From contig OZ024742.1 in NCBI GenBank assembly GCA_964016885.1, positions 169,880,001 through 169,944,000 on the forward strand: a stretch of DNA of 64,000 bases, in the 5' to 3' direction. Below, in pieces: positions 12,570 through 25,585 of this stretch. Source of the stretch: Eledone cirrhosa. Lineage: Eukaryota. Position 1 is the first letter of the stretch, and every line of letters starts with the position of its first letter. The position numbers were made by a program, and so were the translations under genes. Below the pieces are notes generated by a model. That model saw only the letters and a program-made list of their open reading frames with translations. It ran no database searches and had not been told where the DNA came from.

Positions 12570-12912
12570 AAACCCACTACCCGCCCCCATCTCCCACTCC
12601 CGCCAACACCACCCTTTCTCTATAAAGTTATGTTGGTACCACAACATCCAGTCCAAACTAATGAGATTGTGTAGGTGTCACAACAAAAAAACACACAGTC
12701 CACGTTGTAATGCGGCCGTGTTGGTAACCCGGTAAAAAGTTCCCAGTCTACACTGTAAATGTGGTTAGTGTTAGAAAGAGCATCCAGCCGTAGAAAACCT
12801 GTCAGATAGTCCTATACGAGTGAGACACGGTCACCCGACCAATTTTGCCTCAACTGGGACAACTCCCGTCTAACCCATGCTAGTGTGGAAGATGGACGTT
12901 AAACGATGATGA
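12570..12912 (+). mobile_element. Stand-alone RTE 3' UTR cassette
   Basis: Similar to 15705-16012; ends ggacgttaaacgatgatgat. Confidence 0.8.
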
Positions 12913-13039
12913 TTGATATCAGAAACCTGTTGTTGCATGTATTAAGGAAGAATCACCACAGACAAATGTATTTCCTCGAAGCCTTATTTTACAATGATTA
13001 AATTGCCCTTATATATGTGATAGAACAAGTATCGGTAAA

Positions 13040-13862
13040 TAAATAATAATAATAATAAAATTATTGTGTAAAGTGCTCAGGTGCACTACAACTCGTCAAT
13101 ATAGTACATAGAATAATACACAAATGTCAGGGAAGTACATGTGTGTATGTGTTAGCTGTTCTGTTGGCGGATCTCGGGAAGCATGGAGGCCTTAAAGGAT
13201 GCAGTGTCTCGACAGCTAACAACTGATGCAGGTAGTTTGTTCCATGCTTCAGCAACTCTGAGCGTTAAAAAATGTTTCCGAAAGTCATGGGAACTGTGCT
13301 GTTTTCTTACTTTGTGGGCATGTCCACGTGTGTTAGACACATGGAAATCGAAAAGGTACTCAGGGTTGTTGTTGGCAACATGGTTAACAATTTTGTAGGT
13401 GTTTACCAAGTCAGTTGCCAGGCGTCGGAGCTTCAATGAATCCATGCCCAGGGAAGCAAGGCGCTCAGAGTATGGTAGATGCTTGATGGAGGGTATTCGC
13501 TTGGTTGCACGTCTCTGAACAGTTTCCAGGCGGTCAATGTCCTGAGCAAGATAGGGGTTCCAGACTGGTGATGCAAATTCTAAGTGTGGTCGCACCATAG
13601 CTGTATACAGCCTTAAATAGATATCTGGAGAGCGGCTGACAAAGGTCTTGCTGAGTGATGCTAAGACACCCTCGGCCCTCTTGACAATTTTAGAGACGTG
13701 CCTCGTCCAACGCAAATCGCTGCTGACCGTAATGCCCAGGTTACGTTCACAGGAAGATTTCTTGATATTAGTGCTGTGGAGGGAGTATGTGGACGCTGGG
13801 TTTTTACTCCCAAAATGCATGGTGGTGCACTTGTCCACAGCTAGCTTGAGTTGCCAGTCTGT
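13040..13862 (-). mobile_element. CR1-clade LINE 3' fragment (ORF2 C-terminus, 228-aa open frame 13152-13838)
   Basis: VRPHLEFASPVWNP, LETVQRRATK, RGHAHKV, WNKLP..VV; (ATT)n tail. Confidence 0.92.
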
Positions 13863-14289
13863 TTCAACTCTTCCAACTCATCCATAATTACTGAAAAGTA
13901 TAAATATGCATTTCACACTCCTTCTGTTATAGATATAATGAGGACATGAAATTAATGAGAAGCAATAGAACAGAACAAATTTATAATTAAACATTAATTA
14001 ATTCAACATTAGTTATTACAACAGTGAAATGTTTATATGATTACATTGAGTCAAATGCTGTTGGTTTGGGGTAAAATCTTTGTAATAAACAGATTATTCT
14101 TCCCTTCCACAATAACAAAACAAATACATGTAGCAGTGGAATCTTCTGGAGTTGTGGGACCCTGAAACACCTCCCTACTCACTGCTGCTATCGGGGGTGA
14201 GGAATTGGCATTCTGCATGGAGTTCGCCTTCTGCATTTCCTTTGCTATCTTCTGAAGTAACACTTTCTCAATTATCTTCTACGACCATC

Positions 14290-14422
14290 ATAAGTCTAGC
14301 ATATACAAGTCTAGCATATACATACTATTAGCTACTATATACATACATACTATTAGCTACTACATACACACACACATACTATGAGCTACTACATACACAC
14401 ATACACACTATTACCTACTACT
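14290..14422. repeat. ~27-bp minisatellite (acacatacatactattagctactacat), left part
   Basis: Same unit resumes at 16013-16225 after the RTE insertion. Confidence 0.85.
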
Positions 14423-16012
14423 ACCTAGCTAAAAGTAAACCCCTATACTTAGCTTTTGTCGACTTGGAGAAAGCCTTTGGCAGAGTCCCCCGCACCATTA
14501 TCTGGTGGGCCCTTAGAAAACTAGGGGGTGATGAATGGCTTGTGAGAGCTATACAAGCTATGTATAAAGAAACAGTCAGTAAGGTTAGAATTAACAACGA
14601 ATACAGTGAAGAATTTAGCGTAAAAGCTGGTATTCATCAGGGCTCTGTCCTTAGCCCCCTCCTATTTATTATTAACAGAGGAGTTCAAGACTGGCTGCCC
14701 ATGGGAACTTCTATATGCAGATGATCTAACGCTCATAACTGAATGGCTGAACTAGAGAAGAAATTCCAAATATGGAAGCATGGCCTAGAGTGAAAAGGTC
14801 TTAAAGTTAACTTGTCTAAGACTAAAGTTCTAGTATGTAGGAAGTAAAATAGGGCAGAGGTCCCCTCTGGGAAATGGCCATGCTCAGTGTGTAGGAAAGG
14901 AGTAGGCAGAAATTCCATTTTATGTCCCAAATGCAAAGTATGGGTGCATAAACGATGTAGTAAGATCACAGGTAAGCTATCTAAGAATGTAAATTTTATA
15001 TGTGGCCGGTGCTCAGGTGCAATAAGTAGCAAGTGCCCACAGGATATTAGCTCCTTCTATTGCCCAGATGGCTCTATAGAAATAGTAGACACCTTCCATT
15101 ACCTGCGTGACAAAATCAGCAGTGGTGGACGGTGCTCTGAAAGTACAGTAGCCAGAGTCAGAACGGGATGGAAAAAGTTCAGAGAGCTTATACCACTATT
15201 GGCTACAAAAGGTTTCTCTCTAAAAATGAAAGGCAGACTGTATGATGCCTGCATATGAACAGCAATGTTACATGGCAGTGAGACATGGGAATTGTGTGCA
15301 GAGGATCTGCGCAGACTCGAGAGGAACGAAGCATGCATGCTTCGTTGGATGTGTAATAGTAATATACGTGAACAGCAAAGCATAAATGAACTAAGTGAGA
15401 AATTAGGAATAAGAGGGATCAGATGTTTACTCGAGAGAAGACTACGTTGGTATGGTCACGTGATGTGCATGAAAGGCTGCAGCTGTATAAAAAAGTGCAG
15501 GGCAATCAAAATTGATGGAAGTTACGGAGTAGGCAGACCCAGAAAACCTAGGACAATTTGATAAATTCCGACCCTACACACTTACACCTCTCTAAGAGAA
15601 TGTCACTGGACCGAGATCTTTGGCGCTATGCAGTAATACAGAAGATCCGCCTTGCCTAAGTACAAAGTGAAACCTACAGTCAGTAGGCACCTCTTAATCA
15701 AAATATACACCCCCATCCCACTACCTCAACTCCACCCCCACCCCCATCAACACCACCCCTTTCTCTGTAAAGTTATGTTGGTACCACAACATCCAGTCCG
15801 AAACAAATGGGGTCGTGTAGGTGTCACAACAAAAAACACATACAGTCCACGCTGTAATGTGGTTGGTGTTAGGAAGGGCATCCAGCCGTAGAAGACCTGC
15901 CAGACAGTCCTATACGAGCGAGACGACCAATCTTGCCTCAAGTGGGACAATTCCCGTCTAAACCCATACTAGCGTGGAAGATAGACATTAAACGATGATG
16001 ATGATGATGATG
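14423..16012 (+). mobile_element. 5'-truncated RTE LINE (PHD-bearing family), frameshifted
   Basis: AFVDLEKAF, HQGSVLSPLLF, YADD, CSVC..CPKC.WVHKRC..CGRC, HGSETW; (GAT)n tail. Confidence 0.95.
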
Positions 16013-16225
16013 ATACACACATACATACTATTAGCTACTACATAAATGCATACATACCATTAGGTACTAATAGACACATACATACCATTAGTTACTACAT
16101 ACAGACACACATACATGCTATTAGGTACTACATACACACACACATACCATTAGCTACTACATACAGACACACATACATACCATTAGCTACTACATACAGA
16201 CACACATACATACCATTAGCTATTA
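16013..16225. repeat. ~27-bp minisatellite, right part
   Basis: cacacatacataccattagctactacata repeats. Confidence 0.9.
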
Positions 16226-16985
16226 CACTAATATCAAGAAGTCTCGTTGTGAATGTGACCTAGACATTACTGTCAGCAGCGACTTGCGTTGGACAAAGCA
16301 CATGTCAAGAAGGCCGAGGGTGTCTTGGCATCACTCAGCAAGACCTTTGTCAACCACTCTCCAGCTATCTATTTAAAGCTGTATGTAGCTATGGTGCAGC
16401 CACACTTAGAATTTGCATCACCCGTCTGGAACCCCTATCTTGCTCAGAACATTGATCTCCTGGAAACTGTTCAGAGACATGCAACCAAGTGAATACCCTC
16501 CATCAGGCATTTACCTTACTCTGAACGCCTTGCTTCCCTGGGCATGGATATATTGAAGCTCCGTCTAGCAACTGACTTGGTAAAATTATTAACCATCTTG
16601 CAAACAACAACCCTGAGCACCTTTTTGAATTCCATGTGTCTAATACACGTGGGCATGTCTACAAAATCAGAAAACAGCACAGCTCCCATGACTTTCGGAA
16701 ATATTTTTTCATGCTCAGCGTTGCTGAAGCATGGACCAAACTTCCTACATCAGTTGTTAGCTGCTGGGACATTGCATCCTTTAAAACCTCCATGCTTCCT
16801 GAAATTTTCTAACACCTCACCTGATATCCCCACCTCCATACAAATGCACACATGTATATCGTAACTCAGACAGTGTTTACTTTCCTGACATTTGTACATT
16901 ATTCTATGTACTATACATGCACCTTTGATGAGTTGTAGTACACCTGAGCACTGTACACAATAATTTCATTATTATTATTATTATG
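16226..16985 (+). mobile_element. CR1-clade LINE 3' fragment
   Basis: KAEGVLASLSKTFV...PHLEFASPVWNPY; inverted relative to 13040-13862. Confidence 0.92.
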
Positions 16986-17164
16986 CCAAAAGTAGAAACA
17001 ATTATTATTATTGTGTCCACCATACGATCGCCATGGTAAAAGAGATCGTATGTTGGACACATTTGAAAGGGTTGAAGATGGGTACTTTCCTCTTTGGTGA
17101 CACCCTCATTAACTTTTTCAGGTTTCACCTGAAAAGGAAAATCAGGGTGGAGAGGGAAGTGTTT

Positions 17165-18290
17165 ATGATCTGAGTTCAAATCCCGCCGAGGTTAACTTTG
17201 CCTTTCATCCTTACAGGGTCGATAAAATAAAGTACCAGTAATACACTGGGATAATTGTTGGCCTTGTGCCAAAAGTAGAAAATAATATATGCAGTCATCA
17301 TTTAAATAATGATTTTTAATTTAAGGACATGGCTAACAATCTATAGGGAGGGAAAAGTTGATTACATTGACCTCAATATGTAACTGGCACTTTATTTTAT
17401 CAATCAGGAATGGATGAAAGGCAAAGTTGACCTTGGTGGGATTTGAACACAGTATTTAAAGGGCCTTAACAAAATGCCATAAACCAGCTTGTCTGATACT
17501 CAAATGATTCTGCCAATCCACCACCCTTACTTTTTAAATAATTGTTTCTATTTTAGGCACAAGGCCAGCAATTACCCAGTACATTACTGGTACTTTATTT
17601 TATCGACCCCGTAAGGATGAAAGGCAAAGTTAACCTCGGCAGGATTTGAACTCAGATCGTAAAGGGACGTAACTATGCTGGAAAGCATGTCCAACCCTCT
17701 ACCGATACTGCCAATTCACACAAGGTCAGAAATTTATAAGGAGGGGAAAGTTAATTATATCGACCCAGTACTTTGCTGGTACTTTATTTTATCGACCCTG
17801 TAAAGACGAAAGGCAGGATTTGAATTCAGAACAAAATGAGGTGTAACTCTATGTCACAAAGGATGTTGTCCGATTCTCTACTGATTCTGCCAATCCACCA
17901 CCCAAGCAAATTTAGAGGAAGGGCAAAGTTGATGAAATCAACCCGAATACTTTGGTGGTATTTTATTTTATTGACCCCAGTAAGATGAAATTTGAAGTTG
18001 ACATCGATGCAATTTGAACTCACAACATGAAGCGATATAACTAAATCCTATGAAGCATTTTGTCCGATTCTCTAATGGCTTTACCAATTAACTGCCCTAC
18101 CATTAAAATAATTGTTTCTACTTTAGGCACAAGGCCAGCAATTACTGGTACTTTATTTTATCGACCCCGTAAGGATGAAAGGCAAAGTCAACCTCAGCGG
18201 GATTTGAACTCAGATCGTAAAGGGACGTAACTATGCTGGAAAGCATGGCGTCCGACCCTCTACCGATACTGCCAATCCACCACCGCCCTA
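17165..18290. mobile_element. Cluster of about six family-1 SINEs (first on plus, rest on minus)
   Basis: Repeated tactttattttatcgacccc..aaggatgaaaggcaaag cores; last copy has TSD gccctaccattaaaataat. Confidence 0.88.
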
Positions 18291-19099
18291 CCATTAAAAT
18301 AATAACAGCTTGAGAACATATCTCTCTTAATCTGACAGTATGTCTGTCTCTCTTAAAAGCATGTTTACCAATTTACACACATCAGAATAATGAAAATAAA
18401 AAACAATAAATTTATGTTGGTATATTAGGCAGAAATGTTATTTATATATAAAAAAACAAATGAAAACAAAAACACAGAAAACTATTTTAATTGTGTAAAA
18501 ACATGACTACAATTATCTACTGAAAGAGAGTCTACACTAAACATAATTAATTCAGAATATCTACTAATTTACTAAACTCATTAACAAGACAATGAATGAA
18601 GTAGCAGCCATAGAACATCAGAAAGAATGCTTTATAGTATTCATTCCAGCTCTCTTAGTTCAAATCTTGCTACAGTCAATTTTATATTATATCCTTTAGA
18701 GGTTGATATAAAAAGTACCAGTCTATTACTGGAGTAGATTATTCCTCTACACAGGGCCTATGAGAGGGGGCGTCCAGCTGGTACTTTGTTCTGGGGCCCA
18801 AGGGCTAAGAAAGCCTCACAGTAACTATACAACATCCATTTTGAGAAAAAATCTTTGCCTGCTTTGGGCTTCAAAGGGGTCTTGTAATGCCTTGCAAAAT
18901 TTCTCTTGGAGGCCCATATCTTTCTCACTTCTTTTCTCTCACTTTCTTTCTTTCTCTGTAAGAAATTGATTGTGTTCAGACATGGGAATAGGTGGACTGT
19001 GCTATTAGATATATTTACTGATTAGTAAATAGATGATAGTAATAGAATATTTTTTATAATACATAAGTGCAGCAGCAGAAGGACATTATGAAGACTCTT

Positions 19100-19200
19100 C
19101 TTCTTCTTGATGATGACACTGACGATGATGATAATAATGATAATGATGATAATGATGATGGTGATGGCAATGATGGTGTTGATGATGATGATGATGGTGT

Positions 19201-19256
<56 letters not shown>

Positions 19257-19290
19257 GTGGCAATGTTGACAATAATAATGATGATGGAAA
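19100..19290. repeat. (GAT)n microsatellite
   Basis: Direct inspection. Confidence 0.95.
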
Positions 19291-20252
19291 ATAAATAAAA
19301 TAATAGAAAGTTCAGTTTCTAGGGATGAAGAATTAGTCCAAATGGATATTTGACATATAAAAAGCTGCAGTGTAGAAGATAAGAGAAAAATAGGCATTTG
19401 TTAAGACTGATTTCAGAAATATTTATCTCTAGAACAAGAGATAAGAGCTGAATGAAAACATTGCGACACTTTTACAGCTAACATCACAACTTAGTTGTTA
19501 CACGAGAGATAGACATGCTAGAAATAGCAGCCAAATTTCTCTCAAATCAAACATAATGTACTTACCAGAGAGTTTCTAAAGAGGTGGAGTTTGTCATGTG
19601 TAGGAAATTTCATTTGATCATCTGTCTGCTCAGTCAGGGCTATCCTGGTAGTTAATATATCATCAATTATGATTTCATTACTTAAGATAGTAACTTAATA
19701 TATGGTTTTTATATAAAAATTATATTGGAAGATTTTAATTTAAATAGGAACTCTTTTGTTTCATAGAACCAGAATTGGTTTTGGCCCGGTTGGTATCAAA
19801 ATTTCAATTAAATATTGAAAAATTTTGAGGATTTACTAAAATTATTAATAATATGGTTCTTAATAAGATAATGTCAGAAGATTTTAATTTAAATAGAAAT
19901 TCTTTAAAGTGGGTGGTTTTGTTTCATAGAACTAGAGCCAGTTTTGGTTGGGTTTATATCAAAAGGGTTAAGTAAAATTATTAATTTTGATATTATTAAG
20001 TTAGTGTTTGGAACATAATTTAACAAAGATGTATACATAAATTTAAGATGAAAAGCTTCATCATCATCATCATTGTTTTTACATCTATTTTTCCACACTG
20101 GCATGGGTTGGATGGGTCCTTCTCAGCACAGCATCTCTCCATTCACCGTGTTTCTTCGTCATCTCTACTGTGAGTCTCAGGTCTTTCTAAGTCTACCTCT
20201 ACTGCGGCTTTTTTCCACTGGTATTTCCTGGCACTTCTTCACCCATCAATTA

Positions 20253-21991
20253 CACCGTGTAACAAAAATTTTTTTTTCTCTGTTCCTGGCTTGTAATCAC
20301 TTTTTGTGTTGCTTAGGTCCTAAATAAATAAATAAAAAAGTGCTATTAAACAGTTAAAAGTTTGGGTTTGTAAAAATTCTAAGCTATTCACTAGAATTAT
20401 TTGTATGCTGGATTTTACGTTGTATGTAAGTTTAATTTGCTTATGTTAAATGATTTTTTTATATATGTTTCAGGTTAAATTAAAATGATAATATAAAGAG
20501 TAATACCTAAAGAAAATTATAAAAGTGCAATAAAGTATAAAATTGTTAAAAAGTGGATTAAAGAGATTTATTGATATTGGATTTATTGATACTGGATTTA
20601 TTGATACTGGATACGTACCCTGAATAAAGGGTAAGTTGTGTTTTAAGCATTCGTCTCCAGGATGAAGCAGTGGAACTTGGTCAAGGAGGAAGTGACAAGT
20701 CAGAGAAGTCGACACAAACCTTTCTCAGGCTTTTACACTCTTAGGGATGGCCTCTGCTTCTGCCATGACATGCCTGGACTGTTTGACGTTATTGGGGTGC
20801 CGTTTGTGCCCAAGGAGTGGCGGCTATTTATAGACAGCTCCACCACAAGTTTGAAGGCTGTCCTCCTCCACAATGGAAACAAGTTCCCGACACTACCCCT
20901 AGCTCATTCAGTCTGCCTGAAGGAAAATTACTAAGTCCTCTTGGAAGCTCTGCAATACAACCAGTACAATAGGGAAATCATTGGAGACTTCAAGATGGTG
21001 GCTTTCCTGCTTGGACTCCAAGGAGGCTTTATCAAATTCCAATGCTTCCTCTGCTTTGGGACAGCAGAGCCACCTCTGACCACTACAAAAGAAAGAACTG
21101 GGAGCAGCGAACAGAATTTGTAGTTGGGACCCGGAACGTCATGTGGGAGCCACTGGTTGATCCCAGGATTGTGCTCATTAAATTGGGGTTGATGAAGCAG
21201 TTTGTGAAGGCTCTCAACCAAGAATCAGCCGCTTTTAAGTACCTTCTTGAGTTCTTCCCCAAGTTATCTGAGGCCAAAATCAAAGGTGGAATTTTTGTTG
21301 GACCTCAGATAAAGAAGGTGTTTGAGTCTACCGAGTTCTCCAATAAGCTCAATAGGATTGAGAGAACAGCATGGAACTGTTTCAAGGCAGTTGTTAAGTG
21401 CTTCCTGGGAAACTACAGAGCTGAAAACTACCAGCAACTGGAGCAGGATCTGATAAAGGCTTTTGGCACCATGGGATGCAGGATGTCGCTTAAACTCCAT
21501 ATGCTGGACGCTCACCTGGAAAAATTCAAGGACAATATGGGCGCCTACTCAGAGGAACAAGGCGAACGATTCCACCAAGATGCGAAAGAGATAGAGTGGA
21601 GGTACCAGGGCCACTACAATGAAAATATGATGGGGGACTATATCTGGGGGCTAGTGCGGGAATGCGACCTGGACTACAACCGCAAATCCAGGAAATCCAG
21701 TAATTTCTGACGTGTATAAGTTGCTTTATAAGCGTTATTTGTTTTTACTTGTTTGCTTTTGATAAGCTTGTGTAATAAAATAAATATATACTCTGTTGAT
21801 TTAATTATATGAACTGATAAATTTTTTTAAAATTTGTTTTTTCTTGAAAAATATGAAAATTTTGAAATATCAAACTTCTGACAACAGACCCAAACTTCTG
21901 ATTAAATAATAGTATTTTTTTATAATAATGGGATATAACAAACCAGGAAATGACACTTAGAACCGGGGAACAAATAATATGTTACACGGTG
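20253..21991 (+). mobile_element. Chapaev3 (CMC superfamily) DNA transposon, internally deleted
   Basis: TIR CACCGTGTAACA / TGTTACACGGTG; 3-bp TSD TTA on both sides; CAC..GTG termini with TWA TSD are characteristic of Chapaev3. Confidence 0.85.
20641..21710 (+). pseudogene. Chapaev3-type DDE transposase, N-truncated and frameshifted
   Basis: WRLFIDSS (D), IIGDFKMV (D), IKLGLMKQFVKAL, GIFVGPQI, CRMSLKLH, EQGERFHQ (E), YQG...MMGDYIW. Confidence 0.85.
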
Positions 21992-22957
21992 TTATCAGCC
22001 ATGTGCATCACGTCTGTACCAACACAATATTTTCTCCTGCACGCCACCTCAGATTCCTCTTAAACTCAGTTTCGCCCTCAGTTCATCCAAGCTCTGCGTT
22101 TCTCTCACATTTACATTGCACATCCAACTGAGCATGGCTGCTTCATTTCTTTCCACTCTACACATGTCCTCTGCAGTCACAGCCCATGTTTCACTACAAT
22201 GCAGCGTCACACTTCACACACAGGCATCATGCAGTCATCCTTTTTTTGTAAGGAGAAATCTTTTGTTGTCAACAGTGGAAGTAGGTCTCTAAATTTCTTC
22301 CATCCTATCCTTATTCTAGCTATTATGCTCTCAGAACACCGCTCTCTGCTGCTAATTAAGTCACCTAGATAGCAGAAGCTATCAACCACTTCTATGAATC
22401 CTTTCTGTGACTTGAAGAAGTATATGACTTGAAGAAGTATATATCACTCACGCTCTTCTCAATTATTCCTATGCATCTTCTACACACAAAGTTTATATAT
22501 AAACATAAGCACTTTAAAATGAGAGGGTTTATATCATAAAATCATGGGTAGTTTCAGGTGGTTTGGTAGCAAAAGGGTGAATATATGCAAATCGATCGAT
22601 TGACAGATTGAATATACGTAGTAGTGTGACAAAGATAACAAAAGGTATCAAATAGAATACGTAAACACACGCATACATCTATGTGCGCGCGCGCGTATAT
22701 ATACATATATATATATATAATTCTTTTATTGATATCAGATCAGTCATCAGACTGCGGTCATGCTAACATTTCAAGTCAGCTATTTATTTTATCGAGCCCC
22801 CTTTTCGTCGAACCGCTAAGTTACGGGATATAAACAGACATCCAAACGGTCTTCAGCAGTTTCCGTCCACCAAAGTCTACTCAGAAGGCAATGGTTAACC
22901 CGAGGCTATAGGAGAAGACACTTGCGCAAGATGCCACATGGTTATATACATACGTAT

Positions 22958-23105
22958 GTATGGCTTAGTGGTTAGAGCATTGGGCTTGTAATCAGAAGGT
23001 TGTGAGTTCAATTCTCGGACCGGGTGATGTGTTGTTTCTTTGAGCAAGACACTTTATTTCACGTTGCTACTGTTTACTCAGTTGTAGAAATGAGATGACA
23101 GGATT
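22958..23105 (+). mobile_element. tRNA-derived CORE-type SINE (family 2)
   Basis: tggcttagtggttagag A box, gagttcaattc B box, ttgagcaagacacttt CORE-like motif; relatives near 27870-28020, 35050-35170, 56510-56640. Confidence 0.75.
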
Positions 23106-23212
23106 GGGGTCCCTATCATTAAAAATCACCCAAGACACCTCCAACGAGATATACCTTGGAAGAGGCCAGCTAAACCTGCATAGGTGTGAGCTGTAACAAC
23201 AAAACACAACAG

Positions 23213-23274
<62 letters not shown>

Positions 23275-23299
23275 TAGATAGGTGAGCTATCTAGTAATG

Positions 23300-23870
23300 T
23301 AGAAATATTAGAACATTCAAACATTAACTGCGTGAGCACTCAATACGGTAGTGTGTAAAATTTATTTTCTTAGTAGAATAGTGATAGTGACTTCGAAGTA
23401 TCAGCTTGGCTCGAAATAACGGTGTAATGAGATAGAGAAGTAAGTATATATAAAAAGAACTATCAACTACCGGTAGAGATAGAGTAGAAGATACGAATAA
23501 AGAGAGAAAGTAAAAGCGTATCATATTTATAGATTGACAAACAGGTGTTGAGTGAGGAAGGCTATTAGCGACAGACGATAAAGAGAGACAATGTAGAACA
23601 GAATGCAATGTATATAGATAGATAGAAAGAGTGAGAGAAGGAAGAGATAATAGTGTCAAGTCTCTCTTAATAGATAAAATAACGTGAAGCACTCTACGAC
23701 AGCCAAAACTGCTCTGTCGCTGTTTATACCTCAACAGTACACCATTACCTTTTCTCTCTCTCTCACACACATATCTATATTGGAGTAGGTGCTCGAAACA
23801 CGAGTGTACTTGAAACATTAACTGAATGAGCACTCAATACGTGTGTCTAGAGTGTAAAATTTATTTTCTG
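23300..23870. repeat. ~55-bp direct repeats (23310-23369 / 23813-23869) enclosing LTR-like sequence
   Basis: aaacattaactg..tgagcactcaatacg..gtgtaaaatttattttc occurs twice; inside are tgttgag...ctcaaca termini, TATA and AATAAA motifs; no TSD seen. Confidence 0.45.
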
Positions 23871-25067
23871 AAGAGAACCATACATAAACATCCATATACA
23901 TATACACACACACACACGCGCAAACAAACATGCACGTTTTGATTATATGTGTGTTTGTATGGTGAAACCACTTGATGATGGTTGTTACTCTCTCACTCAC
24001 ACACTCACTCACTAATTAACAGCATTCCTCTTTCCATGTGGATTTACCACCAGCTGCTACTTAGAAAGAGAAGGAGAGATCGAACGGAAAGGTCGACTTA
24101 AATTTACAGTGACGCTTCTGGAGGAGTAAATAAATAATATAATTTATTGATAAATGTATTAAAAGAAACAAAAAACAAACATATGTGTTATAAACAGAAA
24201 CAGGAAATATATATTTCATCTTCAAGAAGATATTACTTATTCACATCAGTCAAATATAGGCTGAGTGAAAACAAAAACAGAGGTAAGTGAAAGACAGCTA
24301 AATCTTCTTAGTTTACTTTTCATATGGTTTTCTGTAATAATAAGCTATGAATATATAGATTTTAGTTTGAAGCCATTTCACTTCACCTACGTCGTAATTT
24401 TCAACGAAGCCGTCAACGTCATCTAATATTAATTTCTGTCCTTCGCTTCTTTATAAACACGAGCCTTGTTGCCTTATATATCTATATATATATAGTAATG
24501 AAATATTGTGTACAGTGCTCAGATGCACTACAACTCATCAAAAAGTGTATGTATAGTACATATATATATATAATCACCACCATCATCATTTATTGTTGTG
24601 GGGGCAATGTATATAGCCGGTATAGTTGAAAAATCATATTTAATTTCGTCTCTAAGTTCCGAGTCCGGTCCAGGTAAATTGCACCTGTCTCCCAAACTGG
24701 TGTTATTGAAATCTCAGGTGGGGGAACAACAGAAAACGAGTAATTGACGACGGGTTTGAAGGCTATATTCCTTCAAAACATCGAAATCATAGGAAATTCA
24801 TTAATTTCACCTTTAAAATTCTAACCAAACTTATCAATTAACTAACATTAAAATAATTTAAAAAATACCATATAAAGTACCAGTGATATATTGCGATCCT
24901 CCGAAAGACCCCCCCCCCTTCTCGCACCTCTTCTAAAAAGTTTGGTCATGTGTGTCTATTGGTGGGCGCAAGGCATTTTGGCGGAATGGAATAGAGACTC
25001 GGGGGTTGGAATCGCTTCACTTTCATTTATGTTATTGATACATTTATAAAAACCTTAAATATTCAGG

Positions 25068-25585
25068 CAGGGGATTCGCAGAATCGTTAGACCGACGGAC
25101 AAAATGCCTTGCACTCTTTTTTACGACTCGTTACGTTCTGAATTCAAATGTTGCCGAGGTCAACTTTGCTTTTCATACTTTTAGGATCAATAAAGTAAAG
25201 TACCAGTCACGTACTCGGGGAGAAAGATCAGTTTAATCGAATCATCATTCTCCAAAAAATGTCTACCGATGTATTTATTTGCCTTAGAAGTAATTGTTTC
25301 TACTTTTGGCACAAGGCCAGCAATTACCCAGTGCATTACTGGTACTTTATTTTATCGACCCCGTAAGGATGAAAGGCAAAGTTAACTTCGGCGGGATTTG
25401 AACTCAGAATGGCAAGGGCCGTAACTTTATGCGTCAAAGTATGGCGTCCGACCCTCTACCGATACTGCCTTAGAAATAATTGTTTCTACTTTTGGCACAA
25501 GGCCAGCAATTAATGAGTACATTACTGGTACTTTATTTTATCGACCCCGTAAGGATGAAAGGCAAAGTTAACCACGGCGGGACTT
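25068..25585. mobile_element. Three family-1 SINEs (one plus, two minus)
   Basis: Cores at ~25170, ~25350, ~25535; gccttagaa(g/a)taat repeated at the junctions. Confidence 0.85.

Larger units (their letters stand above)
20058..22490 (-). mobile_element. Decayed RTE LINE 3' part, interrupted by a Chapaev3 element
   Basis: VDSFCYLGD..IARIRIGWKKFRDLLPLL; aligns to the 51850-52450 copy across the insertion. Confidence 0.85.

Noticed and set aside
13183-13887. Plus-strand ORFs antisense to LINE ORFs (also 15099, 53005, 63055, 63373)
   Set aside because: Shadow frames of LINE coding sequence
19054-19397. Poly-Asp/His/Ser ORFs
   Set aside because: (GAT)n microsatellite
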